NCBI GenBank assembly: GCA_035295425.1
Contig: DATGJB010000057.1
Coordinates: 8,480 to 72,479, forward strand
Length of the DNA: 64,000 nucleotides
Direction: 5' to 3'
Source of the DNA: Chloroflexota bacterium
Lineage (GTDB): Bacteria; Chloroflexota; UBA5177
The number at the start of each line of letters is the position of its first letter. Positions within the stretch are counted from its first letter, which is position 1. A model generated the notes under the pieces. The model made no database searches and had not been told where the DNA came from. It was given only the letters and a program-made list of their open reading frames with translations. The translations under genes were made by a program, and so were the position numbers. Shown piece after piece: positions 26,394-34,820 of this stretch.

Positions 26394-27782
26394 TTGGAAG
26401 CCTACGACAGCATCCTGGAGCTCATTGGCGACACGCCGCTCGTCCGCTTGAACACCGTCACCCGACACGTCAAGCCGGCGGTCTACGCCAAGCTCGAGTA
26501 CTTCAATCCCGGCGGGAGTGTGAAGGACCGTATCGGGATCCGCATGATCGAAGACGCGGAGCGGCGGGGACTCCTGCGCCCGGGCGGCACGATCGTCGAG
26601 CCGACCTCCGGCAACACCGGGGCCGGCCTGGCGCTGGCGGCTGCCATCAAGGGGTATCGCACCATCTTCGTGATGCCGGACAAGATGAGCGCGGAGAAGA
26701 TTGCCTTACTCAAGGCGTACGGCGCTGATGTCGTAATCACGCCAACGGCAGTACCGCCCGAGTCACCGGAGAGCTACTACCGAGTAGCCGATCGCCTTGC
26801 CACCGAAACACCTGGTGGGTTCCAACCGAACCAGTACTACAACCAGGCCAATCCGGAGACCCACTACGCGACGACCGGTCCCGAGCTCTGGCGGCAGACC
26901 GGAGGCACAATCGATGTCTTCGTGGCCGGTGTCGGAACCGGCGGCACGATCACCGGAACCGGCCGCTTTCTCAAGGAGCAGAACCCGGACATCACCATCG
27001 TGGGCGCCGATCCGGAGGGATCGATCCTCTCCGGGGGAGAGCTTCGCCCGTACAAGGTCGAGGGGATCGGCGAAGACTTCTGGCCGGCTACCTTCGATCC
27101 CCAGATCGTCGATCGCTGGATCCGGGTGGGTGACCGGGAATCCTTCCGGATGGCCCGCCGCATCACGCGCGAGGAAGGGATTCTGGTCGGCGGTTCGGCG
27201 GGCACCGCGATGGTCGCCGCTCTGCAGGTGGCACAGGATCTGGACGAGAGTAAAGTTATGGTCGTGCTGTTTCCTGATAGCGGCCGGAGCTACCTGAGCA
27301 AGGTCTATTCCGACCAGTGGATGCAGGACAACGGCTTCCTGGAGCGCCTTCCGATCGCGCTACGGGTGGACGATCTGCTCCACCACCGCCACGGCGGCAT
27401 GCCAGAGCTGGTCGCGGTCGATCCCGCCGAGACGGTCGGACGCGCCATCGACATGCTTCAGGAGTTCGGTATCTCGCAGATGCCGGTCGCGCACTGGAGC
27501 AACGGACACAGCGTCGGCGATATTGTCGGCAGCATTCAGGAGAAGTCGCTCCTGGCTCGGGTCTTCCGCGAGCCGGACATGGTGGAGAGCCCGGTCAGCG
27601 ACGTGATGGATCCGCCGCTCGATACCGTCGACGTGCGCGAGGAGATCGAGGCGCTGATCGGTCCGCTGCTGGGCGACGACACGGCGCTCATCGCCCTGCA
27701 GGGTGCCCGGCCAGTCGGAGTGATCACGCGCTCCGATCTCCTCGAGTACATCGCCCACGCCCGGGAGCGCCAGCGCCGGTAG
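26394..27782 (+). CDS. cbs: Cystathionine beta-synthase (PLP-dependent CysK-fold enzyme with tandem C-terminal CBS domains)
   Basis: PLP-lysine region GGSVKDRIG and glycine loop TSGNTGAGLA. The C-terminal roughly 130 aa holds a CBS pair. 462 aa, like actinobacterial Cbs. Confidence 0.75.
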   Translation: MEAYDSILELIGDTPLVRLNTVTRHVKPAVYAKLEYFNPGGSVKDRIGIRMIEDAERRGLLRPGGTIVEPTSGNTGAGLALAAAIKGYRTIFVMPDKMSAEKIALLKAYGADVVITPTAVPPESPESYYRVADRLATETPGGFQPNQYYNQANPETHYATTGPELWRQTGGTIDVFVAGVGTGGTITGTGRFLKEQNPDITIVGADPEGSILSGGELRPYKVEGIGEDFWPATFDPQIVDRWIRVGDRESFRMARRITREEGILVGGSAGTAMVAALQVAQDLDESKVMVVLFPDSGRSYLSKVYSDQWMQDNGFLERLPIALRVDDLLHHRHGGMPELVAVDPAETVGRAIDMLQEFGISQMPVAHWSNGHSVGDIVGSIQEKSLLARVFREPDMVESPVSDVMDPPLDTVDVREEIEALIGPLLGDDTALIALQGARPVGVITRSDLLEYIAHARERQRR

Positions 27783-27818
27783 CCGCGGCCGGACGGGCCT
27801 TCCGCTACACTTACCAGA

Positions 27819-28223
27819 ATGCGAGACCGAGCCACCACATACGCATCACTCCTGGCCTTCCTTGCGGCCATCCTCTGGGGGTCGGTCGGCGTGCTGCTCG
27901 CCGCCGCACTGCTCGTCGCCGGATTCAGCCTGTTCGTGATCGGCGGCGATGGCGTGGCGCCGCTTCTGCTGGTGGGACTCCTGGTGTTGCTCGCCTCCGT
28001 TCTGGTCGTCCTCTGGACGGTCAACAGCACCATGCGCTGGCTGATTCGCGCCCGGCAGGCGCGAACCCCCGCGAGTACTGCGCTCGGAGCCGGCCTCCTG
28101 GTGGTGCTGCTTGGCGGCATCGCCTGGTCGCTGGGTGCGGTCAGCGGAGCGGCCGCGGCATTGCTTTTTTCCGGCGCGGCGATCCTGGTTGTTGCCGCCT
28201 GGTCGCAGTTGGTCCGCGAGTAA
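27819..28223 (+). CDS. Hypothetical small membrane protein (4 TM helices)
   Basis: 134 aa, almost entirely hydrophobic helices (LLAFLAAILWGSVGVLLAAALLVAGFSLFVIGG...). Confidence 0.5.
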   Translation: MRDRATTYASLLAFLAAILWGSVGVLLAAALLVAGFSLFVIGGDGVAPLLLVGLLVLLASVLVVLWTVNSTMRWLIRARQARTPASTALGAGLLVVLLGGIAWSLGAVSGAAAALLFSGAAILVVAAWSQLVRE

Positions 28224-28485
28224 GACAACGTTCACGCCTGCTTCACACCACCGGTTCCTACCGTGGTATGCTTTTGCGGCTCACAGGCCGGACCATGATC
28301 GCGGGAAGGCGCGCAGCTCCGGAGACTTCGTCTCGACATTGCTGCTCCCTGACCGTATATCATTGGCCTGATTCGCGCGGTGGACATCATACGGGGAATA
28401 GGCGCGGGCTCTGGGCGGCCACGGGGAAGGGCCTCCTGACGGCTGGGCCCCGGCACCCGCCAGATCAGACACGAGGAGTTAGTAG

Positions 28486-29100
28486 GTGCAGCAGCAAGGA
28501 TTCACTCTCTGGTTTACCGGGCTTTCCGGCGCGGGAAAGTCGACTCTCGCCAACATCGTGCAGCAGCGTCTCGAAGACATGGGGCGCTACGTTGAGCTGC
28601 TCGACGGCGACGAGATTCGCACCAATCTGAGCCAGGGGCTCGGTTTCTCGAAGGAAGACCGGGATACCAATATCCGGCGGATCACGTTCGTGGCGAAGCT
28701 GCTCTCGCGCAACGGTGTGGTGGCGATCACCGCCGCCATCTCGCCCTACCGCGAGACGCGAGACCGCGCCCGGCGTGAAATCGCCAACTTCGTCGAGGTC
28801 TTCGTCGATTGCCCGCTCGCGGTTTGCGAGGAGCGCGACGTCAAGGGTCTCTACAAGAAGGCTCGCAGCGGTGAGATTCCGCACTTTACCGGCGTCTCCG
28901 ACCCATACGAGGCGCCGCTCGAGGCAGAGATCACGGTGCACACCGACTACGGCACGCCGGAAGAGACCGCCGAGGTGATTCTCAGCCGGCTGGGCGAGCT
29001 TGGCTACGTGCAGTACGCGCCCGCCTCGCCGGACGGCGCCTACAGCGAGGACGAGGAAGCCCTCGTCGCCCAGCGGCTCAAGAGCCTGGGGTACCTCTAG
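28486..29100 (+). CDS. cysC: Adenylyl-sulfate (APS) kinase
   Basis: [14 protein letters not shown]-loop, [31 protein letters not shown] stand-alone kinase, not fused to ATP sulfurylase. GTG start after GAGGAG. Confidence 0.85.
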   Translation: MQQQGFTLWFTGLSGAGKSTLANIVQQRLEDMGRYVELLDGDEIRTNLSQGLGFSKEDRDTNIRRITFVAKLLSRNGVVAITAAISPYRETRDRARREIANFVEVFVDCPLAVCEERDVKGLYKKARSGEIPHFTGVSDPYEAPLEAEITVHTDYGTPEETAEVILSRLGELGYVQYAPASPDGAYSEDEEALVAQRLKSLGYL

Positions 29101-29136
29101 CCAGACAGGCGCCCAAAAGCGACGCGCATGGGTGAA

Positions 29137-29166
29137 CTACCGGAGCCGAGATCTCGGCTCCGGTAG
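29137..29166 (+). terminator. Perfect 30-bp palindrome CTACCGGAGCCGAGA|TCTCGGCTCCGGTAG followed by TTGCATTTGAATCTCT; probable cysC terminator, or an operator / structured leader of the downstream hsp20-like gene
   Basis: Exact palindrome read from the sequence. It has the same stem + UUGCAUUU arrangement as the hairpin after hsp20-like (29507..29540). Confidence 0.4.
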
Positions 29167-29487
29167 TTGCATTTGAATCTCTACGAGACGTCGGACACCT
29201 ATGTCTTCCAGCTCGCCATTCCCGGCATGACCCCGGAGAACCTGGACATTCAGGTGCTGGGCACCGAGCTGAGCGTCAAGGGCAAGCGAGAGGTCAATAC
29301 GCCGGAGAACGGCACCTGGATCTGGCAGGGCATCAACGGCGGTGAGTTCTACCAGAGCTTCACCCTGCCCGCCGAGGTTGACAGTGAGCACGTTCAGGCC
29401 AGCTACGACTACGGCATCCTCTCGGTGGTGCTGCCAAAAGCGGAGCACGTCAAGCCCAGGAACATCAAGATCGAGGTCCACAAGTAA
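29167..29487 (+). CDS. Hsp20-family alpha-crystallin-domain protein lacking the usual N-terminal arm (possibly a truncated paralogue or pseudogene)
   Basis: The ACD is recognisable (LYETSDTYVFQLAIPGMTPENLDIQVLGTELSVKGKRE...YGILSVVLPK). The frame is closed by TAG at 29164-29166. The TTG start abuts the palindrome with no SD at a suitable distance. Confidence 0.5.
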   Translation: MHLNLYETSDTYVFQLAIPGMTPENLDIQVLGTELSVKGKREVNTPENGTWIWQGINGGEFYQSFTLPAEVDSEHVQASYDYGILSVVLPKAEHVKPRNIKIEVHK

Positions 29488-29506
29488 GGGCCAGGGACAT
29501 TCGAAC

Positions 29507-29540
29507 GCGGGCACCCGGAATGGGTGCCCGCGTTGCATTT
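29507..29540 (+). terminator. Intrinsic-terminator-like hairpin GCGGGCACCC-GGAAT-GGGTGCCCGC followed by GTTGCATTTC
   Basis: Perfect 10-bp stem 20 nt after the hsp20-like stop, then a U-rich tail. Confidence 0.5.
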
Positions 29541-29616
29541 CAGGAGCGGCTCATTCCCCGGGTTGCGGCGATGGCACCGCCCGGTCGGGACACCACCGGC
29601 TTGCTACAATCGCCGC

Positions 29617-30708
29617 ATGTCCAGCCCGGATATTGGCTACCTGGTCGGTCTGAGCCTCCTTCCCGGTATCGGGCCGGCCCGGTTCCACCGCATTCTGGAC
29701 CACTTTGGAGAGCCGGAGCTCGCCTGGCGTGCCTCGGAGCGCGAGCTTGTCGCACTCGGCGTCGATGCGCGGTCCATGCCGGCTCTGGTCGAGAAGCGGC
29801 GCACCATTTCGATCGAGGCCGAGCTCGAGAAGCTGCGGCGCCATGACGTGCGGGTGCTGAGCATCTTCGACGTCGGTTATCCGCTGCGCCTCAAGGAGAT
29901 CTTCAACGCCCCGCCGCTGCTCTACATCAAGGGCGAGATCACCCGCCAGGACGACAGCAGTATCGGGGTGGTGGGGACACGCGGTCCGACAGTGTACGGC
30001 AAGGAGCTGACCGCCCGCGTCGTCCCGGAGCTGGTGCGGGTAGGACTGACCGTGGTGAGCGGTCTGGCCCGGGGCATTGACTCCATTGCCCACCATGCCG
30101 CGCTCGACGCCGGGGGCCGCACCATCGCCGTCCTCGGCAGCGGTCTGGACGTGATCTACCCCGCCGAGAACCGGCGCCTCTTCGAACGGATCGCGCAGCG
30201 CGGCGCCGTTATCTCCGACTACCCGCTCGGCACCAAGCCCGACGCCTTCAACTTCCCGGCGCGCAACCGCATCATTTCCGGGCTCTCGCTCGGCACGGTC
30301 GTCATGGAAGCCCAGCTCGGTTCGGGAGCCCTGATAACCGCCGACTACGCCCTGGAGCAGAACCGCGAAGTGTTCGCCTTTCCCGGCCGGGCCACCGACC
30401 GTGGCTCCTCCGGCTGCAACCGACTGATCCGGGAGGGACGCGCCAAGCTCGTCACCGGGAGCGACGACATCCTCGAGGAGCTCGACCTCACCGCCGCGGT
30501 CCGGCAGCTGGAGATCAAGGTCGCGATCCCCGCCAACGACGACGAGGGGCGGCTGCTGGCACTCCTCTCCCACGAGCCGCTGCATGTGGACGAGCTGGTG
30601 CGCCGGTCGGCAATGGCGGCGCCCACTGTCACCAGTACGCTCCTGATGATGGAGCTCAAGGGCGCCGTGCGCCAGGTCGGCAGCATGTCCTTTGTCCTCG
30701 CCCACTGA
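29617..30708 (+). CDS. dprA: DNA-processing protein DprA (Smf)
   Basis: Core motifs VVGTRGPTVYG, SGLARGIDSIAHHAALDAGGRTIAVLGSG and GSGALITADYAL, plus a C-terminal winged-helix domain. The start is MSSPDIGY at 29617; the track ORF begins earlier at 29524. Confidence 0.85.
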   Translation: MSSPDIGYLVGLSLLPGIGPARFHRILDHFGEPELAWRASERELVALGVDARSMPALVEKRRTISIEAELEKLRRHDVRVLSIFDVGYPLRLKEIFNAPPLLYIKGEITRQDDSSIGVVGTRGPTVYGKELTARVVPELVRVGLTVVSGLARGIDSIAHHAALDAGGRTIAVLGSGLDVIYPAENRRLFERIAQRGAVISDYPLGTKPDAFNFPARNRIISGLSLGTVVMEAQLGSGALITADYALEQNREVFAFPGRATDRGSSGCNRLIREGRAKLVTGSDDILEELDLTAAVRQLEIKVAIPANDDEGRLLALLSHEPLHVDELVRRSAMAAPTVTSTLLMMELKGAVRQVGSMSFVLAH

Positions 30709-31035
30709 GTGACGAGGACGGCATTCGCCGGTCGCTCGCCCCACATGTCCGGGTGGGCCGTCCACCGTCTCTGGCCGGCTTCGACCCAGCCGGATTGGAC
30801 CTCCTGACAGCTACGCTGCCGCCCGCTCACGAGCTGCATGACGCTCCCCGTGGCTCCAGACACTTCGACCACTACCGCACGCTTGACATAGGTGATATGG
30901 TAATGGCACGGGCATGGTCCTGGAAACAGGACAGCCATGAGGAGGACGCACCGGCACCGGCGCTCGCTGGAGTCGGGGTGAACGATCACACCCGTTCTCG
31001 ACGGATCGGGCTTTTTTGCATTTGGGAGGTGGCAC

Positions 31036-31734
31036 ATGGGCATGGATGCGAACACCGGACCGATTCCCGGTGACCGGCTGCTTCATCCCACCGCCTCCGG
31101 TCTGAATGACCTGCTCGAGATCGTGCGGGAGCAACAGGCCCGGATCGAGCGCCTGGAATCGGCGCTCCTGCCACTGCCTGGGGCCACCGAGCGAGATGGC
31201 GCCGGGCGCCAGCAAATCAGGCGCGCTGCCAGGCGAAAGCACGTGCAGCCGTCCTACCCACCGCTGTCCGCCGTCGAGGCGTTTCAAGATCTGGCGCCGA
31301 GCAGCGATCAGTACGCCACACTTCCTATTCTGGAGGGCTTCAACTGGAGCGAGTGCGCAACGCGACTCGGTGCCGGTGAGTGGTACATGGTCGTCTTCCG
31401 TTCCCTGCGGCGCGAGGCAGTTGACGATCTGACGCTGGAGATGCACGACTACGGCGCGTATATCGAAGCGCACCGCCGTGCGGCCGGGCTCGTCTTCTAC
31501 TTCCGCGGCACACCGAACGAGCGGCGCGAATGCCTCTCCTTTTGCATTTGGGAGGGTCGTGAAGAGGCGGCACGAGCCGCGCGGCTGCCCCTCCACCGGG
31601 TGGCGATGAGCCTGGTCGAGGAGAAGTACGAGTGGTACACCCTCGAGCGCTACTGGCTGCGCAAGCAGCATGGGCGCCGAGACGTCGAGGCGATTCCGGT
31701 CGACGCCGGGGGCGTCCCGCTCGTCCCCAACTGA
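31036..31734 (+). CDS. Hypothetical protein (232 aa)
   Basis: GGGAGG SD 5 nt before the ATG, consistent codon usage, and TGATG stop/start coupling to the downstream methyltransferase. No family recognised by eye. Confidence 0.6.
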   Translation: MGMDANTGPIPGDRLLHPTASGLNDLLEIVREQQARIERLESALLPLPGATERDGAGRQQIRRAARRKHVQPSYPPLSAVEAFQDLAPSSDQYATLPILEGFNWSECATRLGAGEWYMVVFRSLRREAVDDLTLEMHDYGAYIEAHRRAAGLVFYFRGTPNERRECLSFCIWEGREEAARAARLPLHRVAMSLVEEKYEWYTLERYWLRKQHGRRDVEAIPVDAGGVPLVPN

Positions 31735-32345
31735 TGACCCAGGGAATGGGGCATCGCTTTCACGTCGATCGGTTGAACCTCCTCAAGGACCCCGAGCGCC
31801 GGCGCCGTATCCCGCCTGAGCCGATCCTTGAATCTGCCGGAATCAAACCGGGTGATTCGGTAATCGATGTCGGCGCCGGGACCGGATTCTGGACGGCGCC
31901 GCTGGCGCGGCTGGTTGGTCCAGAGGGGCGTGTCTTCGCCGTCGACGTCGAGCCCATCATGCTGGCTGAGATCCGGGACCTCGTGAAGGGTCAGCGACTC
32001 GAAGTGGTGGAAGTCGTTGCGTCGGATGACCATCACATCCCGCTCTCGGATGGTGAGGCCGATGCCGCCGTGCTCGGCTTCATGCTGCACGAGCCTCCTG
32101 ACCCGCCTCGCTTTCTCGGCGAGATAGCCCGGCTCTTGAAACCGGGTGGACGCATTCTGGTAATCGACTGGCACAAGCATCCCACCGAGCAGGGCCCGCC
32201 ACTGGAGCATCGGATCTCGGATGCGGAGGCAGAGGCCATGCTCCGCGCCGCGGGGTTCGAAGTCCAATCGCTCCCTGCTCCCAACTCAGATGTGTACGTC
32301 CTGCTGGGGCGCGGGGTACAGCCCCCCGCGGAACAAACCTTGTAG
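31734..32345 (+). CDS. Class I SAM-dependent methyltransferase
   Basis: Motif I VIDVGAGTGFWT, motif post-I VFAVDVEP, motif II/III LKPGGRILVIDW. Start MTQGMG at 31734 overlaps the upstream stop. Confidence 0.75.
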   Translation: MTQGMGHRFHVDRLNLLKDPERRRRIPPEPILESAGIKPGDSVIDVGAGTGFWTAPLARLVGPEGRVFAVDVEPIMLAEIRDLVKGQRLEVVEVVASDDHHIPLSDGEADAAVLGFMLHEPPDPPRFLGEIARLLKPGGRILVIDWHKHPTEQGPPLEHRISDAEAEAMLRAAGFEVQSLPAPNSDVYVLLGRGVQPPAEQTL

Positions 32346-32381
32346 CTTCCGGTCCTCGGCTGAGAGTTCACAGCTCATCCC

Positions 32382-34370
32382 TCATTCCACGAGCGCACTC
32401 CACTCTGCCAGGAGACTATCCAGCTCAGCCTGCGTCGCGGCGCACGACTTCGAGAGTTGTATCGCAGCGCCATAGTCTGAGCCGACATCCTGCAGCTGCC
32501 GGGTGTACTCGGCGAGCGCCGCCTCGGCCCGCGCGATCTGCTCCTCGACCGCCGCCAATAGCCGGGTGCGCTCGCGCGCCGCATTCGCCTCCGCTGCTGC
32601 TCGCTGCCGCTCCCTGGCCGGTTTCGAACCGTTCGTGAGCGCGGCGCTCGGAGAACCCGCCGGCTCGCGAACGGCCAGCATTTCGGCGTACGTCCCATCG
32701 AAGACGTGCAAGTGGCCGTCCCGTATCTCCCAGACCTGAGTAGCCAGCTCGTCCACCAGATAGCGGTCGTGCGACACCAGCAGAATCGTGCCGTCGAAGC
32801 GCTCCAGCCCCTCCTGCAGCACCTCCTGCGCCGGGATGTCGAGGTGGTTCGTCGGCTCGTCCAGTACCAGGAAGTTCACACCCTCCAGGGTGAGGATGGC
32901 CAGCGCCAGCCGGCTCCGCTCGCCGCCGCTCAGGCCGCCGACCGGCTTGAAGACGTCCTCGCCGCGGAAGAGGTACTGGGCCAGATAGCTGCGCGCCTCG
33001 CCGAACGACAAGTTCTTGTGCGTCAGCAGCTCGTCGAGCACGGTGTTCGCGCCGTTCAGGCTATCGTGCGCCTGAGCGTAGTAGCCAACCTTCAGGCTGG
33101 CTCCCAGCTGGACCTCGCCTGCCACCGGCGCCAGCTGGCCGATGACGGTGCGCAGGAACGTCGTCTTGCCCGAGCCGTTCGGTCCGAGTAGGGCAACCCG
33201 TTCCAGCCGCTCAACCTGCAGATCCCCTGCCTCGAAGAGGGTGCTACTTCCGTAGCCGACTCGAAGATTTCGGCAGCGCAGCACGATCTGTCCGCTGCGC
33301 CGCTCCGGCCGGAGCCGCACGTGAAGCTGTGCCGGCCGAACCAGGGGGGACTTGATGGCCTTGATCCGGCTGTATGCCTCCTCCACGCTCATCAGGGAGG
33401 GAGCGCGGATGCCGAGCTCGGCCCACCGCTTCCCCTGAATGCCAAGGACCCCGTGCGTCTCGATCGCCACAATCTTCCGGCCCAGGAGCTGGAGCTTCCC
33501 CTTGGCCTCCTCGAACTTCCGCCAGGCGATGTAGCGGCGAACCAGTTCCATGTCCGCGCGGAGGTTCTCCAGCTCCCGCTCGACGATCTCCCGGTTGCGC
33601 TCCCAGCGCTCCTGTCGCTGCTGCAGGTATGCGGTGTAGTTGCCGCGATAGCTCTCGAGGTGCGTAGGCGTCATCTCCCAGATGCGGTCCACCACGCGGT
33701 CCAGGAAGTAGCGATCGTGGCTCGCGACCAGGAGCGCGCCTTCCCAGCTCCGGAGCGTCCCTTCCAGCCACTCGATGGCCTGGACGTCCAGATGGTTGGT
33801 GGGCTCGTCGAGGATGAGCAAATTCGGTTGCTCCAGGAGGAGCCGGGCCAGCAGGGCCCGCGTCTTCTGACCGCCGCTCAGGTGGCTGATCGGTGTGCTC
33901 CATTGCTCTCGCGCGAAGCCCAGCCCTTCCAGTACGCGGCCGATGCGCGCCTCGTAGTCGTAGCCGCCGGCATGCTCGAACGCCTCGAGCGCTGCCCCGT
34001 ACTGATGCAGCAAATGGTCCGAACCCTCGCCTTCCGCCATGCGGGCTTCCATGACACGCAGCTGCTCTTCCTGCCCGCGCAGCGGGCCAAAGACCATCAG
34101 CATCTCGTCGTAGACACTGTTGCCGTGCCCGGTGAAGGCGTCGACCGCCTCCTGGCGCAAGTAGCCCAGCCGGGCGCCGCGGGCGATGTGCACGCTGCCG
34201 GCGCTGGGCGGGCCGATTCCCGCCACCGCACGGAAGAGCGACGTCTTGCCGACGCCGTTGGGCCCGACCAGCCCCACCTTGCCGTCGTTGGGCAGCTCGG
34301 CGCTGATACCACTGAAGATATCGCGGGCCCCGATGGTGAGGCCGATGTTCTGGATGCTGAGGATGGACAT
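32382..34370 (-). CDS. ABC-F family ATPase (two tandem ABC domains, no TM domain; Uup/EttA/ARE-type translation factor) with a C-terminal coiled-coil extension
   Basis: Two Walker A motifs (GPNGVGKTS, GPNGSGKTT) and two signature motifs (LSGGQKTRALLA, LSGGERSRLALA). A linker lies between the ABC domains. The C-terminal ~90 aa is Ala/Glu/Arg-rich and helical. Confidence 0.85.
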   Translation of the reverse strand: MSILSIQNIGLTIGARDIFSGISAELPNDGKVGLVGPNGVGKTSLFRAVAGIGPPSAGSVHIARGARLGYLRQEAVDAFTGHGNSVYDEMLMVFGPLRGQEEQLRVMEARMAEGEGSDHLLHQYGAALEAFEHAGGYDYEARIGRVLEGLGFAREQWSTPISHLSGGQKTRALLARLLLEQPNLLILDEPTNHLDVQAIEWLEGTLRSWEGALLVASHDRYFLDRVVDRIWEMTPTHLESYRGNYTAYLQQRQERWERNREIVERELENLRADMELVRRYIAWRKFEEAKGKLQLLGRKIVAIETHGVLGIQGKRWAELGIRAPSLMSVEEAYSRIKAIKSPLVRPAQLHVRLRPERRSGQIVLRCRNLRVGYGSSTLFEAGDLQVERLERVALLGPNGSGKTTFLRTVIGQLAPVAGEVQLGASLKVGYYAQAHDSLNGANTVLDELLTHKNLSFGEARSYLAQYLFRGEDVFKPVGGLSGGERSRLALAILTLEGVNFLVLDEPTNHLDIPAQEVLQEGLERFDGTILLVSHDRYLVDELATQVWEIRDGHLHVFDGTYAEMLAVREPAGSPSAALTNGSKPARERQRAAAEANAARERTRLLAAVEEQIARAEAALAEYTRQLQDVGSDYGAAIQLSKSCAATQAELDSLLAEWSALVE

Positions 34371-34432
34371 CGTTGTGCTCCTGGAAGTGGCTTCTGTCAG
34401 CTGCCCTCGATGGGCGGCTCCATTCCTAAACC

Positions 34433-34471
34433 ATGAAAAAAGGCCGCGGGATCGATCACTGTCCCACGGCC
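34433..34471 (-). terminator. Terminator-like hairpin plus U6 tract inside the 5' leader of the ABC-F gene (candidate transcription attenuator)
   Basis: Minus-strand RNA reads GGCCGUGGGA-CAGUGAUCGA-UCCCGCGGCC-UUUUUU (10-bp stem with one G-U pair), about 65 nt upstream of the ABC-F ATG. A 23-codon ORF (MMTPGGSGGASGSVCPRSLDITT) ends 24 nt upstream of the stem. Confidence 0.45.
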
Positions 34472-34820
34472 TGAGAAGTCTGAACGCTGGCGTCTAGGTA
34501 GTTATGTCAAGGCTCCGTGGGCACACTGATCCGCTCGCTCCGCCGGATCCGCCGGGCGTCATCATCGCGGTGCGGGGATCATACCCAGAATTCAAGACAC
34601 CTGTTCTCCAGGACCGCTTTTGTCGCGTCTCCCTACGATATACCAGATGGCGTACCGGCGCAACGAGCAGCGTACGCGCTCCCTCCAGAAGGCTCGCGCA
34701 CCGACGCCCTCGACGGGAAGCTTCGGTGCGCGCGAGACGTGCGCTGTAAATGGCGCATGAGCCGCTTTTCGACCCGCACGTTGAGCAAGTTCCTTCATCT
34801 GCCTCTTCTATTCTGGGGGT

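Noticed and set aside
29156-29172. Sigma-54-like box in front of the hsp20-like gene (CGGCTC-N6-TTGCA).
   Set aside because: The spacer is one nucleotide too long and the -24 element is poor. Sigma-54 promoters are intolerant of spacing changes. The TTGCATTT here is better explained as the U-rich tail of the preceding hairpin.
30709-31035. Sigma-70-like TTGACA box and TGGCAC hexamers in the dprA-downstream intergenic region.
   Set aside because: TTGACA at ~30880 has no -10 hexamer at 16-18 nt spacing. The two TGGCAC hexamers (30926, 31031) are not followed by TTGCA at N5. Only the GGGCTTTTTT run (weak terminator-like) and the repeated 16-mer were retained.
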